The notes under the pieces are model-generated. The model worked only from the letters and a program-made list of their open reading frames with translations. It was not told the DNA's origin and ran no database searches. A program made the position numbers and the translations under genes. A stretch of 64,000 nt of DNA from Adineta vaga (Eukaryota; Animalia; Rotifera): contig CP075492.1 of assembly GCA_021613535.1 (NCBI GenBank), positions 7,254,001 to 7,318,000 on the forward strand. The letters run 5' to 3'. Of the stretch, positions 1-12,679 are shown piece by piece (the first letter of the stretch is position 1; each line of letters begins with the position of its first letter).

Positions 1-396
1 TTTTTTCTATACGGATACTATGAAAAATTTATCGAAGCATGACGAGAAATAAAGAAAAGGAAAAGCGCAGTATATTCGCTGTCTCTCCTCCTTCGTCTGA
101 TTATTCATCATAGTAATCATTATGATGAAGAACGACAAACACTAAAAAAACAAATGATTCAATTTCAACTGACATACTTCTTATCCGATAATAAATGCTT
201 GGTTTCATGTATGCATTTTCTTTAAAGCAATACTAGTACTAAAGATGTTTTTGTACGAATAAAAAACAAAACAAATTTTTATTTAAGCATTTAGTGAATA
301 AATTGTTGCAAAGATCAATGGCTATAAAAGCGTGTAATTTTGTGTCTTTTTAATGTAATATCAACATTCTACAGTTCATTCATCCAATATTCTCAA

Positions 397-1694
397 TTAA
401 GATGTGTTATCATCACATGTACATAGTTTACGTTGTGCAAGTTGCGGATCTTTTGTATGCCAATAACCACGAAAAAAATAGTCATCATTATAGAAATACT
501 TACAAAAAGTACACCTAAAATTGGCACGTTTTGTAAAAGTTTTTCGACCGTTACCACTAGAACTCCAATACCAATCACGACAGTTGCCACATTTAGCACA
601 GGCATGTCCATTACAATCGAGTTTCTTATTTGAATATTTTGATTTAGCTGATTCGACTACTTGTGAGTCTTCTAGAAACAAAGAATTAAAAGCCTCAAAA
701 TTGTTCGTAATATGATATTCATTATCACTGCTTCTCAATTAGATATATTAAGTCAATTTATTCATTCTGATAGCATTCGATCCTCTTCAAAAAAAAAGTA
801 AAATGAACTTACTCTTTTCGGGACTTGATATTAATGCCGGTTTATCTTCTTTCTTCGGGATACTTGATGCTGTTGCAGGTGGTAATGTCTTCTTCAATTT
901 GCTAAGATCAAATGGATCGGCTAACATAGGATGAGGTGGTAAAACTTCTTGTAGATGAATAATATTCAATCCATCATCAGAACTTAAGCTGCCAACTACT
1001 TTAAGAAAGATACCTGGTGGTAAAAGTATTTCTTCTTCATTCTGAAAATATGAATGATTTCGAATAAGTTTAGCACTAGTTGTTTGTATCGAAAATATCG
1101 TTCTCGTTCCAGATGTACCCAAATAATTTGGCATTTTCAGGACATCAATCGAAGTACTACAAGAACTGAATGCCCACCAAGCAAATTGTTTATCTTTTGG
1201 ATAAAGAGCAGTCAGATCTTCACGAACACCACGCCAAATAACTGTATGTACACTTGTTCTAAGATAAACAGAAATCTTAATTAATTTGAATACTAAATTT
1301 TCTTAGTTTTCACTCACGGTAGTTTAAAAAAAGCCGTAAGAAATAATTTTAAGTATCGAAACCATGGTCGCAATTCATTACGATCAGATGCACGTAAAGT
1401 TCGGTTCAATATCATATATAAGCTGTCGTCATGGTTTGTCCATTCCATAGTATATAATTGAATTGCAGCAGATTCATCAGAAGTGAGTTCATCTACCGGC
1501 TCCATCGAATTCATTTTAGCAGTTGTTATATAGATTGGTAGATCTTTGACAATATGTGGTTGTAATGGTTTACAAGCTTCTTCAATAGGCAAAAGTGGTT
1601 CATTTTCATAACCAGAAATTGGCAAAAGCAATCGCTTGGGTTCATCACGAATACTTTCCACAAGACGTGGATTAAAATCAACTGTTGCAGCCAT
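397..1694 (-). CDS. R-S-E type NAD+:arginine ADP-ribosyltransferase with Cys-rich C-terminus (3 exons: 1694-1318, 1258-813, 671-397)
   Basis: GT-AG introns 1317-1259 and 812-672 join in frame. Product has AAIQLYT..LY..LN..LR, then WRG, FSSCS and QNEEEILLPPG (R-S-ExE). Last exon has CNGHACAKCGNC..CTFC..CTC. Confidence 0.88.
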
Positions 1695-2520
1695 TTCTAT
1701 ATGTTTGTTTTCTTATTTCTGAATAAGAGAATTGAAAGACAGAATTAAAAAAGTCTTTCTTCAAAGCATAATTTAAAGAATTGTTAAAAAACAAAATTTA
1801 CTCAATGGAGAAAAGATTTTAACCAATCGCTATTTTATAGATATTTCATAAAAAATCAGTTTATTTCAGCATAAAATTTGTTTTGTTGATGAATCATTCC
1901 TTCATTCCTTTTTTATTTTCACATAGTTACTATCAACTGTAATCTTTCAAATGAAAACATTTACATATCCATATTACGGAAAATATAAAAGTTTTGCGTT
2001 TGTAATTAACAACGCAAAAGTAATAGATTCATGTCAGATGCGAAAGCACTCTTTATATTTGAGAACAATAAAGTATATCATATAACATGGAGATGTCCTC
2101 AAACAAATTTTTAAAACAATAACATTTTCACATCGTTTAAATAATAAAATACATAAATCATAAATGATGTCAGTTACTGATTTTTCGTTATATACATGTC
2201 ACCTCAATACAAGACTATTGTATGTATATCTAGGTCCCATATGACGTGATATAAATAAAAGAAAATTCTTTCGTTTCTTATAACAGACGATATATACACT
2301 TATTTGAGAACTTTTATCGATTATGTTAACAATGAAATAGTGTCATTGTTTATATCTATTTGTTTTCAAGAATATTCCTATAAGTACTGACGATTGTCTC
2401 ATTCATCTGTCGATTTAATCAAGTGATCATATGCAGTTAGAATTCTATCTGTTATTTCTATTTGAAAATTCGTTATCGTTTTGATTTTTATCTGTATAGA
2501 TAGATATCACTACAATAACG

Positions 2521-4077
2521 ATGAAATTTGATTCAAAATTATTCTTCGTTTTATTTCTGTCTTTTCTTCACACTGCTACAACTACGGCCAATTATCGTGT
2601 TAATTATAGATTTACACGACAAAACAATGATTATCTCTATGCTTGTCTTTCATCATCTTTACCATCATCAGTACGTATGATATATCCATGTCGAACTCCT
2701 ACAAATCAAAATGGTCATATGTATACATGTAATCCTTTTGATATTCGTAATCTAGCAAGTATTCGGGGATCTCGAATTTCTCATTCACCAGCTGTTATTG
2801 TTTATGTTACAACAAGTCATGATGTTCAAAACGTTATTAAATGTGCAGCAAAATTAGATTATGTAGTTAATGCATTAAGTGGTGGTCACAGTTATGAAGG
2901 ATATAGTTTAGGTTCAGTACCGAATAATATCATTATTAACTTCGAGAAAATGAATAATATTCATGTGAATGTACACGATAAAACGGCAATAATTGGGCCT
3001 GGTGCAAGAAATGGTCCATCATATTATACACTATATCAATATGATAATTATACAATTCCTGCCGGATCATGTGCATGGGTAGGTATTGGTGGTCAAGCTC
3101 TTGGTGGTGGTTATGGTTTACTTGCTCGATTACATGGATTATTATCTGATCACATATTAGAAATGAAAGCAGTAAATGCTCAAGGTGATGCATTGACAAT
3201 AAATGCAACACATGAACCAGAATTATTCTGGGCATTACGTGGTGGTGGTGGAGGTTCATTTGTTATTGTTACTCAATTCAAGTTTCGATTAGTTAAATCT
3301 CCACCATTAGTGACTGAATTTACAGCAATTTGGGATTCAAATGCTACGAAAGTCGTGACCAAACGTTATCAATTATTAATGTTCAATACAACATTATCGA
3401 ATTTTAGTAACAATTTATACTTGCAAATGTGGATAAGTAAAACTCAGATTAGCATTCATATAATTCATTATGGTATTGAAACCGAAGAATTCAATCGAAC
3501 TGTTTCGTTAATGTTAGCAACATTACCATCTCCAAATAGTACTGTAATAAGTCAACGAGATTGGTTGAGTTTTGTTTATAGTATATCAGGAATTGCCGAT
3601 ACTCAACGTGATAATCGTAAATTACTATTACACAATATAACATATCCAACATATGAATTCAAAGCGAAGCATTTATATTTTAATAAACCAATAAATGATC
3701 ATAGTATGGATCTATTAAATCGTCATTTAGCATTAGGTAATGGTCGAATTGGTTTGTTGTTTACTCCATGGGATGGATATTTAAGTACTATACCAATCGA
3801 TGAGACAGCTTTTCCTCATCGACATTATAAATTTAGTATTCAATTTATGGTTGATTGGGATGATATCAGAGAAGAACAACGCCAAATGGATTGGTTAGAA
3901 AGAGTTTATTTATCTCTTTATAATGATTCAACAAAACATTCCTATGTTAATTATATTGATCGCGATGTTTCAAATTGGATGGAAGTATATTTCAGTTCAC
4001 ATAAACAAAGATTAAGTAGAATTAAACAAATGTACGATAAGAATAATCGTTTTTATTTCGAAAAATCAATAGTTTAA
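2521..4077 (+). CDS. Secreted FAD-linked oxidase, berberine-bridge-enzyme-like (AA7-like), intronless
   Basis: Signal-peptide-like N-terminus; SGGHSYEG (covalent-FAD His); GSCAWVGIGGQALGGGYG (covalent Cys); LFWALRGGGGGSF; AFPHR; C-terminal YVNYID..RL..IK..YD..NRF. Confidence 0.92.
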   Translation: MKFDSKLFFVLFLSFLHTATTTANYRVNYRFTRQNNDYLYACLSSSLPSSVRMIYPCRTPTNQNGHMYTCNPFDIRNLASIRGSRISHSPAVIVYVTTSHDVQNVIKCAAKLDYVVNALSGGHSYEGYSLGSVPNNIIINFEKMNNIHVNVHDKTAIIGPGARNGPSYYTLYQYDNYTIPAGSCAWVGIGGQALGGGYGLLARLHGLLSDHILEMKAVNAQGDALTINATHEPELFWALRGGGGGSFVIVTQFKFRLVKSPPLVTEFTAIWDSNATKVVTKRYQLLMFNTTLSNFSNNLYLQMWISKTQISIHIIHYGIETEEFNRTVSLMLATLPSPNSTVISQRDWLSFVYSISGIADTQRDNRKLLLHNITYPTYEFKAKHLYFNKPINDHSMDLLNRHLALGNGRIGLLFTPWDGYLSTIPIDETAFPHRHYKFSIQFMVDWDDIREEQRQMDWLERVYLSLYNDSTKHSYVNYIDRDVSNWMEVYFSSHKQRLSRIKQMYDKNNRFYFEKSIV

Positions 4078-4428
4078 ATTCAAATTCATTGACATCGATT
4101 TTTTTGTATACAAGTCATTTCTCTTCTCTTATATTCAATAATTAAATTCATATTGTATCTTGTCAAAAATTCATCACTTAAATTAGAAGATTTCTATTTT
4201 AACTATACTTTTCATGTGACATATAAAAGTAAGACGAATTACAGTGAATGATTGGATATTGTTCACGAAATCATTTCGGTTTGTATATGCAAAATATGTA
4301 AGTTATGGATGATTGCATTTACCTTCTGTACATATTAATACTTGTATTCCTTTTTACTCGTCTATACACATTAACGCCACATAGTGCGCGCCGTATTTTT
4401 GTTGATTTTCGTACGCAACGATTAACAA

Positions 4429-5232
4429 ATGAGTTTCGAGGGCAAATCGAGTCTATTGAATGGAGAAGAACTTCGTGTTGGTGAACAGTTAACATCGCCT
4501 GATGAAAGAATCTATTTGATATTACAACCAGATGGTTGTTTAGCTCTTTTTCGTAAAAATGATCCACAGAAATCGATTTGGAAGTCAACGATTGATTCGA
4601 AAATAACTGATGTTCAAGGTCCCTTTATATTGAAAATGCAAGAAAATAATGATGCGGTTGTTTATGACGGAAAAGGTCAATCAGTTTGGCATACTGCTAC
4701 TCAATGTCCTGATTTTCCTGGTCTATTTCATTTGGAAGTAGATGATGATGATGGTTGTTATGTTCGTGGTCGAAAAAATGAAATTGTCTGGACGTCATAC
4801 ACAGGTATGCGTTGTTTTAGAGAAGGCAAAGAAGGTATGTCTGTACTCGACAAAGGACAAGAATTATGCACTGATCAATGTCTTGTGTCATCGAACGAAC
4901 ATGTTTGTCTGATGGTAGATTCAGATGGTCATATTGCATTGTATAAAACAGATAATTATGATGAACCAATATGGCAATCAACAATTGATTCAGGAGTAAC
5001 AAGTATGGAAGAACCATTTGTATTCAAAATAACTGATGATAATAACATTGCAATTTATGATACAAATAGACAAATTATATGGAAAACAAATGTATCTTGT
5101 ATTAATTCTGATTGTCGTTTAGTTCTTCAAGATGATGGTTGTCTTCAATTACATCTCAAAGATGATACAAACTCGCATGTTTGGTCAATGAAAGATGGAA
5201 ATACAGTATGCTTCAATGGAATTGACGAATAA
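4429..5232 (+). CDS. Tandem bulb-type (GNA/B-type) lectin-domain protein, no signal peptide
   Basis: Two ~125-aa repeats starting S.L..G.EL...Q.L.S, with degenerate QxDxNxVxY subsites (QPDGCLALF, QENNDAVVY, TDDNNIAIY, QDDGCLQLH) each followed by W-x-(S/T). Confidence 0.85.
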   Translation: MSFEGKSSLLNGEELRVGEQLTSPDERIYLILQPDGCLALFRKNDPQKSIWKSTIDSKITDVQGPFILKMQENNDAVVYDGKGQSVWHTATQCPDFPGLFHLEVDDDDGCYVRGRKNEIVWTSYTGMRCFREGKEGMSVLDKGQELCTDQCLVSSNEHVCLMVDSDGHIALYKTDNYDEPIWQSTIDSGVTSMEEPFVFKITDDNNIAIYDTNRQIIWKTNVSCINSDCRLVLQDDGCLQLHLKDDTNSHVWSMKDGNTVCFNGIDE

Positions 5233-5528
5233 CAGATATGATTAATTCGTTACTTTCGAAACCAGTTTGTTATGTGATTACTCTTTTTTTGTTTTATCTA
5301 TATTAGTAAATCAAAGGCTTATTACGTCAGAGTTTTGGCTCAAAAGAACTGACAGAAATGGTTATCAAGAACTGTTTCCATGTAAATAGAAAGAAGAAGG
5401 AATCGATATTCAGTTCAACGAAAAAAGTGTGATATGATTGATGAACAGATTAGTTATTAGAGATCTTATTATTGAACTTGTCTATTGTTTCTTCTATTTT
5501 CTAAATCAAGTTTTTGAAAAAGTCAATA

Positions 5529-7270
5529 TCAATGATTGCTGAACCAGAAATGAATAGAATATTCCTTTTCTATATAACTAAATTTTTCTCCATTGTTGAT
5601 CAACCATTCGATTATTTCGATACTGATTATCTTGCGATCATGTGGATAATTAAATGACACACTAGACAAGTATATTAAATTTTCCAACACCTCTCTCATG
5701 TCATCCAGATTTTGAACTTTTAAAGCGAAGTTTTCAATATGTACAGGTACAATAGAACAAAGAGTCATCATATTTACATGATATTGTCCATTAATATCCA
5801 ATGGTAACACGATTAATGAGCGAAGATGAGATGTCTTTTGCAGAAATTTCATTAAATTATCAACTATTTTCGATGCTGTTTTTGGATGAAAATCACTTTG
5901 AAAAGATAATGTTCGAAGTTCTAAAACATTCACTAACATCGAAATAAAATGAAGAGCCTCAACTGACCACTCTCGGTGAACGCGAAGTTTCAATTCAGTA
6001 ACATTGGTGAAAAGGAAATCTTCTCTGTTCATACTCTAGAATAGAGACGACAATTATATGTGTAATCTCGATAGGAAAATATGTGGTCATACCTGTTTTG
6101 TTTTGAGTTCTTTCATATTTAACGATAGATATCGAACATGTTTCATGATCAACGTATCATTGAATCTGCTAGTATAATAGCAGTGGACAAAAGAATATTA
6201 CTTCGATCATAATTATATTCAAATGAAATACCAGGAAATGGTATAGAAAAGAGTTTAACTGTATGCAAACTTTTGATCGATTGACAATTAACAAACCATC
6301 GCTTATCTTCGAGCCAAAATGAAGTACGAAATGGTCGAATTAATACTTCGACATCGTCAGTACATTCATAAATACGAAGATGTAATTGATAGAATACAAA
6401 CTGAAATTGACGAAGTAAGAAGAGTTTTGTTTTTATCAACATTTCCCAATATAATCCATCGATCAAGGAATTCGGTGTCAACGAACAATTGATTATTTTC
6501 AGTTGAACAAGTGATGGTGTTAATGAAAGAAAACGTTCTAGATGTAGCATCGATCGATTGGTATCTTGCAGTGTTAATGATGACAATTGTCGATAGAACG
6601 TCACAGAAGAATTTTGATCTGATTCATTCATCCAACAATCATCAATCACTAACGTCCGTAATCGAGGACAAGATCGAAGAATATTTTGATATTCATTGAA
6701 GGTTACAATTCCAACTGTAAGACGAGTGAGACAAGATTCAGACTGACTTCTGAATATGCTCTCAATATGATGTGCATGCGTATCAAGTAATAAGATTTGC
6801 AAATTAGGTTGAATAATCAATTGTGAAAGAAGCCGAAGTATCGATTTAGTTCGTTTTCCTTTCGAATGGATTGAAAGGTAAGTCAATGAACATTGGAGTG
6901 CATCGTTGAGAATCCCATGAAGATCTGTTGACTGAATAGAACGAAGTGTTAATGAATGAAGATGAGGAAAATTGCTAATTCGAAAGCGAGTAATAAACAA
7001 ACTAATTTGACCTGGTGTCGTATTGTCATCAGAGAGAATAATGGAAACGATGTTGTCAGGATAGATTAGATGACAAATAATGTCGAAGTGTCTCTTCGAA
7101 ATAACACTGAAATCGAGATGATAATGGTTGAAATTATTTGAAATCAAATAGAACGTCTTTGCAACATAACGAAAAGAGAGAAGAATTGTTTTGCTATCAA
7201 GATTATCAAGTATTTGATAAAGAATCTCGACGGGTAATGTTGAAAGGGTCGGTGCAATTTGTGGCAGCAT
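5529..7270 (-). CDS. F-box/LRR-like protein (2 exons; apparent 1-nt frameshift near 6165)
   Basis: N-terminal LSTLPVEILYQILDNL F-box, LRR-like body, FRTSFWLEDKRWFV. Frame shifts into NDTLIMKHVRYLSLN, then intron 6092-6036 joins the 5529-6035 exon in phase. Confidence 0.8.
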
Positions 7271-7660
7271 TAAAATATGTTTGAATCACACAATCAATGC
7301 TGTTGTCACATGGTCTACTTTCGCATTTTGTAGTGTTTCTTTTAAAAAAAAACAGTTTCTTTTCTGTCACTTCATGCAATGACGTCTTGTCAACGATGAC
7401 GATTTTAGATCTTGAATATGCCATCTACGTTTTCCTCTATTACGATCAACTACGAAAGCAGTTCATGATATAATGAAGCCATTTATAGGACAGCGATTTT
7501 ATTTAGAGATATAGAGACTGACGCATAAAATTGCAAAAAAGAATAGAAGAATGAAAAGTATCAAATGAATCACAATCTCTTTTGGAAATCGAATATGACG
7601 TAAATATCGATCATCATAAAGCATAATTTGTATTTTAGTAAGCTCAATATTTTCTTGTCA

Positions 7661-8164
7661 CATAACAGTAGCAACTACTTCTGGATTAATAAATGCTGCA
7701 AATACTCCAGTCTGAACTGTTGCATTGAGAGATACTTCATAGAACTCATTGGTACTTGTCTTGTTGGAAGTGAATTGATCAGAGGTCGATTAATTATAAA
7801 TACGACAATATTGTAGATCGTTAATGCGATATACAATACAGAAAGTATGAATGAAACCGCAGCACATGCCTTCGCATAAATACTTGCAATACTACAAACA
7901 AAACAGAGAAAAATGACTAATAATATAACATAACGATATAAAAGTAAATGTCCTCCACTGTGTATTTGTTTGTGAATTAATACTGTTCATATTGCGTACA
8001 ACAAAATTATATGAAGCTGGATATGTGTTACATATAAAGACTATAATACCAGAAACACGTGGTTCACTAATTTGCATATTCGTTTGTTAGCCGATAACAA
8101 CAACTCCATTATCACCGATAGTTACTGCATGTAATTGATTCTCTTGATAAACATCCGTGGCCAT
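7661..8164 (-). pseudogene. Degraded small multi-pass membrane protein gene
   Basis: MATDVYQENQLH...VVIG*QTNMQ has an in-frame TAA; a later hydrophobic exon IASIYAKACAAVSFILSVLYIAL follows an AG. Boundaries approximate. Confidence 0.3.
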
Positions 8165-8482
8165 TCTCAAATTCTACAGACTGTATCACATCATTCTCAT
8201 TAGTTGAGTATTAATCAAAAGAAGTGTAATTATTCAAATGCGGTTGTAAATTCATTGGTATAGAACATGTTTCTATTCATACGTCATATAGCTATATAGC
8301 AGTTAACAATAGAAAAAATATAAAGCGAACGCTGTGGTAGATGAAAACGATCAACAATCATTTATACGTCCGAGAAATAGTAGAATCGTGAAAATAAAAT
8401 TCTCTGTTGTCTACCATATTACAAATGCCATGCATGACAGCTTTTCTGTTGATATGCTTAAATGAGATGAGAATCAATACAG

Positions 8483-8822
8483 GGCTAATTCCTAATTGCG
8501 GTTACTTTTTTTAATTAGTCAATTAAGAGTGACCGCATTCTGGAACAAGGTAGAAAAATGAAAATATTCATTTAATTGATGACTTTAAATGTTAATAACG
8601 AGGGAAAAAAGTTAAACCTATAGATATCATGGGAATTAGAGAGAAAAAAGAAAAGTGAAATAAAAAGGTATGATTATAGATAATAATCTTTTGATTGGAT
8701 TATCTATTGTTAAATTGCGGTCATTTTTCAATTCGATGAATTTTTATTTTTCTATCCTGTTCCGGAAGGTGGCCACTTTTCTTCATAAGTTTATTAAAAA
8801 TGACCGCAATTAGGAAGAAGCG
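8483..8822. mobile_element. MITE (~340 bp) with ~90-bp imperfect TIRs and target-site duplication
   Basis: Left GGCTAATTCCTAATTGCGGTTAC..GTGACCGCATTCTGGAACAAGGTAGAAAAAT matches the reverse complement of the right end (CGCTTCTTCCTAATTGCGGTCAT..GTGGCCACCTTCCGGAACAGGATAGAAAAAT). CAATACAG occurs at both 8475-8482 and 8823-8830. Confidence 0.8.
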
Positions 8823-9095
8823 CAATACAGATATTGCTTTGTTCATAAACGAGAACGACATGATTTCTTCCATTGAAACAAAAGAGGAAAAGAGAGAGGA
8901 AAACAATGAACATATCTACAATTATCATTGGCTTATTCATTAGATGCCATTATTTCCATTATTCTTTTCTGGTCAATGTATATGGATTGAATCAGAATTT
9001 ATCGTTTCTTCTATTATCAAACCAGATATAAATATGTATGGCATCAATTCCATTTAGAAGATTTCTAACAGAAAAAGGATCTGAACAAAATACAC

Positions 9096-9656
9096 ATGCG
9101 TTGTACTGCATTCATAGCAATATCATTTGGACTTGCTGCATTCGCACTTTTGTATGGTGCTCATGAATTATGGCAAGTAAATATATATATTGAAAGACAA
9201 TGTCTGATAAAATCTTATGATCCAGACAATGCTGGTGGTAAAGGATTTTGGCGAGCATACTGGAAAGTACAAATTTTGAATGAACAAATCAAAACAAAAA
9301 TCGATGGTGAAGATTCATTGAGATCTTACTATACATACTTTACAAAATCAGGAGCACTCGAAGCTACAGAAAAGAAAAAGGTAATTCAATCTGTTGTTTC
9401 TCATAAAACATTCTGTTTGTCTAAAAATATTTAGATCAATCAAATCTATACATGTTATAAGTATGGTATGCATCCATTCGATTCCTCGTGGTACTGGTAT
9501 TGGAGAAAACCATCAAAATTACTTGCATGTTTTCTTCTGTCTATTTCTCCCGTGTTACTAATTACGGGATGTATACTTTGCAACCGTCGAATGACTGTGG
9601 AAGAACGAGGAGGATTAAATCAAATGGAATTATCTCAACATCTCGACGCAAGATGA
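9096..9656 (+). CDS. Small two-TM membrane protein of unknown function (exons 9096-9380, 9435-9656)
   Basis: Phase-0 GT-AG intron 9381-9434; hydrophobic N- and C-terminal segments flank a Cys-containing loop. Confidence 0.7.
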
Positions 9657-11130
9657 CCGAACAATATGTTTCAACCAAAAAAAAATATCAAATTACATTC
9701 TATATTTTGTAACTCGGAGAAATGTTTTGCTACAGAAATATTAGAATAAATTTTTCATATGAGTTTAGCAATATTTTCGCTTGTATATCGTCTTCCAAAT
9801 AACATTTGTTTTTGGAATAAAGCTGCTTTGTGGGCGGAAAGAAAATCAAGAATTGATAGCTTTCAGTCAATGTCCAAAAATTTCTACGATTGAGTTTTGT
9901 ATGACGAATACATGAACGATCTTGTCTTTTAAATTCACCATCTTGAGGGTTTTTATGAAATATAAATGAAGAACAATCGACTTACTACATCCAATGTTGC
10001 ATCTAAATCATTGACATCAACCAAATGAATTATTAATGGACCAGAATGTAGATTACGACTATCCCATGAGAGCATCACTACGAATAAGGATACTCTAAAT
10101 ATAATAAAGATGTATTTGAATATACGATTTCTGATACATTTAGCGATATTGCGTTTACTTCGATTTTACTTTATGTCAGTACAATGACGATGGCAACAAA
10201 AAATTAATATTAAATCACACACGCTTCTGATCAATGTATGACAAAACATTTAAAATATTTTACTTTTCTTCGTCTGCTCTGCTCTGTTGAAGTCTGACAA
10301 ACACAATACCGACATAGAATACAAACATAAAAGATTCATTTTGTTGAACTTCTAAATAGGATTATTATCAGATGTAAATTTTTATTGGCAACTCACTACA
10401 TCGATCGAATCCAGCATCTTATGATGGATATTTGCAGTTGAAAACTCATGCACGTATGTCTGTTTATTTTTCCACATTTGTACTCCTATAGTAAATATAG
10501 CCTTGAGATTTTATATTCTCCAACATGCAAATAACAAATTTATGCGATCATGCATTTTATTCCAACGTGAATACGACAACAGTATCCCTTGATTAAATCC
10601 GATATATGCATACAGTTGCAAAGAAACGATATAATATTGAAATGATTTCTTAGTACTATTTGGATTTATAGTGTAAAAAATGAATACGACAATGGTGGAA
10701 GTTCGTTATTCTATTCGTTTTTTTACATAACGCATAAATCTCAATTATCAGATACAGGGCATAATTGTCATAAATGAAAATAAACGAAATAGGCACAGAA
10801 AAAAGATGTTGTCATCTGTTATTAAAGAATGTTAGAATTTGTGATAATATGAATATTATTTTGAAAATATTACGTCATGTACATAAATCAATAAAAAAAA
10901 CAGATCTAGAAATCTGTATTATGAATTGAAATTCATATACTATAATTTTTCCTTTCTTGTGTTCTTGTTTTTCTCCTCAAGCACAAGAGCGTTTTAGAAG
11001 AAGAAAAACACCCAAAAGAGAAAGGAAAGAAAAATAAATCTATGTCACATGTTTTTCTTTTTTGCATCTTGCTTCAGACGATGATAAATATTACAAGATC
11101 TACTCTATTTAATCGATCGATCGTAATTCA

Positions 11131-12399
11131 ATGATGAAACAATGGCAATTTACTAAATCTGGAAGTCCTCGAGATGTGTTAACAATGGTCGACGTACCTA
11201 TCCCAACTACATGTTCAGATGATGAAATACTTGTACGCATTAGTTATGTTTCTTTGAATTCGGCAATTACATATCGACTAATGGCATATTATGGCATTTT
11301 TGATCCTGTTGGTGCATTCTTAGGTAGACCGGGTGTACCTGAAAAGGATTTTAGTGGAATTGTGTGTGATTTAAGAGGTGCAAATGTAAAAGAATTTAAT
11401 ACAGGTAATATTAGATAATTGATTGCATCTTGATATTTCTTGTTTCTTGTAAGGTGATCGAGTATTTGGTATGGGTCCTTCTACATTTCGTGATCTTAGA
11501 CGAGGTGTACTGTGCGAATATATTCTTATTAGACAAGATCATTTAGTTAAAGTACCTGATCATATTTCTCTTAAAGATGCTGCATGTTTAACTGTCACTG
11601 GTATTGTTAACCACTGTACTACCTCATTGTATTCTTCTTATGTGTGTTTTTGAATTGTTAGGATATACTGCATATTGTTTTCTCGTTGAAAAAGCTCAAT
11701 TGAAGAAAGGAGACAGAGTATTCATTAATGGTGGGTCAGGCGCTGTTGGTGTTATGGCAATACAATTAGCTCGGACGCTTGTTGGACCGACAGGTTTCGT
11801 GGTGGCAACATGTACTTCAGTTAAGAGCGATATCATTCGAAATCTCGGTGCAAATGAGGTATGTTTTATGTCTATGAATACATATATGTGTTTCTTTTTC
11901 AGACTATAGATTACACGGAACATATTCTACCAGATTTTCTTCGAAAACACTATAGTTCAAGTCCATTTGATGCGATTTTTGATACTGTTGGTATTGATCA
12001 TTCACTCTATTCCAATTCACCTGCTTATTTGACTCCCGAGGGTTTATTCTGTACTATTGGAGTAGTCGAATTCGGTAATCTATTATCACTTATAAATCAT
12101 ATTTCAATTTTTCTTGTAGGTTCAACAGTATGGTCAGCTACCAGACGAGTTCTGCAATTATTAAGCGCACTGTTCATACCTGTATATCTTGGAGGTGTAC
12201 CTCGCCGACATATATTTGAACCACTTAATATAGTTCATTCACGAATGGTTGCCATGGCAAAATTAGCAGAAGAAGAAGCCTTCAAAGCTGTAATTGATTC
12301 AACGTATACATTTACTGATGTACTCGATGCTTATGACAGAATGATGTTCGTAAAGTAGTAGGGAAAGTAGTTATCGAAGTTAACAGTAAACTGGAATGA
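11131..12399 (+). CDS. MDR-family NADPH:quinone oxidoreductase / enoyl-reductase-like (5 exons; apparent frameshift at ~12347)
   Basis: Introns 11405-11453, 11601-11661, 11859-11902, 12075-12119. Motifs PEKDFSGIV, GDRVFG, VFINGGSGAVG, GA.E.IDY, FDAIFDTVG. The conserved GKVVI end lies in a shifted frame. Confidence 0.88.
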
Positions 12400-12679
12400 A
12401 CTTTACTGAATAAAATTTTATTCTTACTTTCATCACAAACTCTGTAGCAAATTATCATTTAAAATAGTCATATAAGTCAATTTCAAACACAACTTTCTAT
12501 TATGCAAAATTTAGTTGAAAGTATTTTTCCCTATGAACTTCATTATTTTTTTAATACATATTACAAACAGCCGAATGAATGAATTAGAATGTTTCTCATA
12601 CAGGAAAGAATACTCACGTTCATTCACAATGATATAAATACGATCGTTTTTATAAGATGTGTAAAAGAGAATAAGAACA

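Noticed and set aside
2936-3259. His-rich antisense ORF and similar shadow ORFs (e.g. 4319-4588, 26915-27136, 48119-48331)
   Set aside because: They overlap well-supported genes in other frames or strands and have no motifs.
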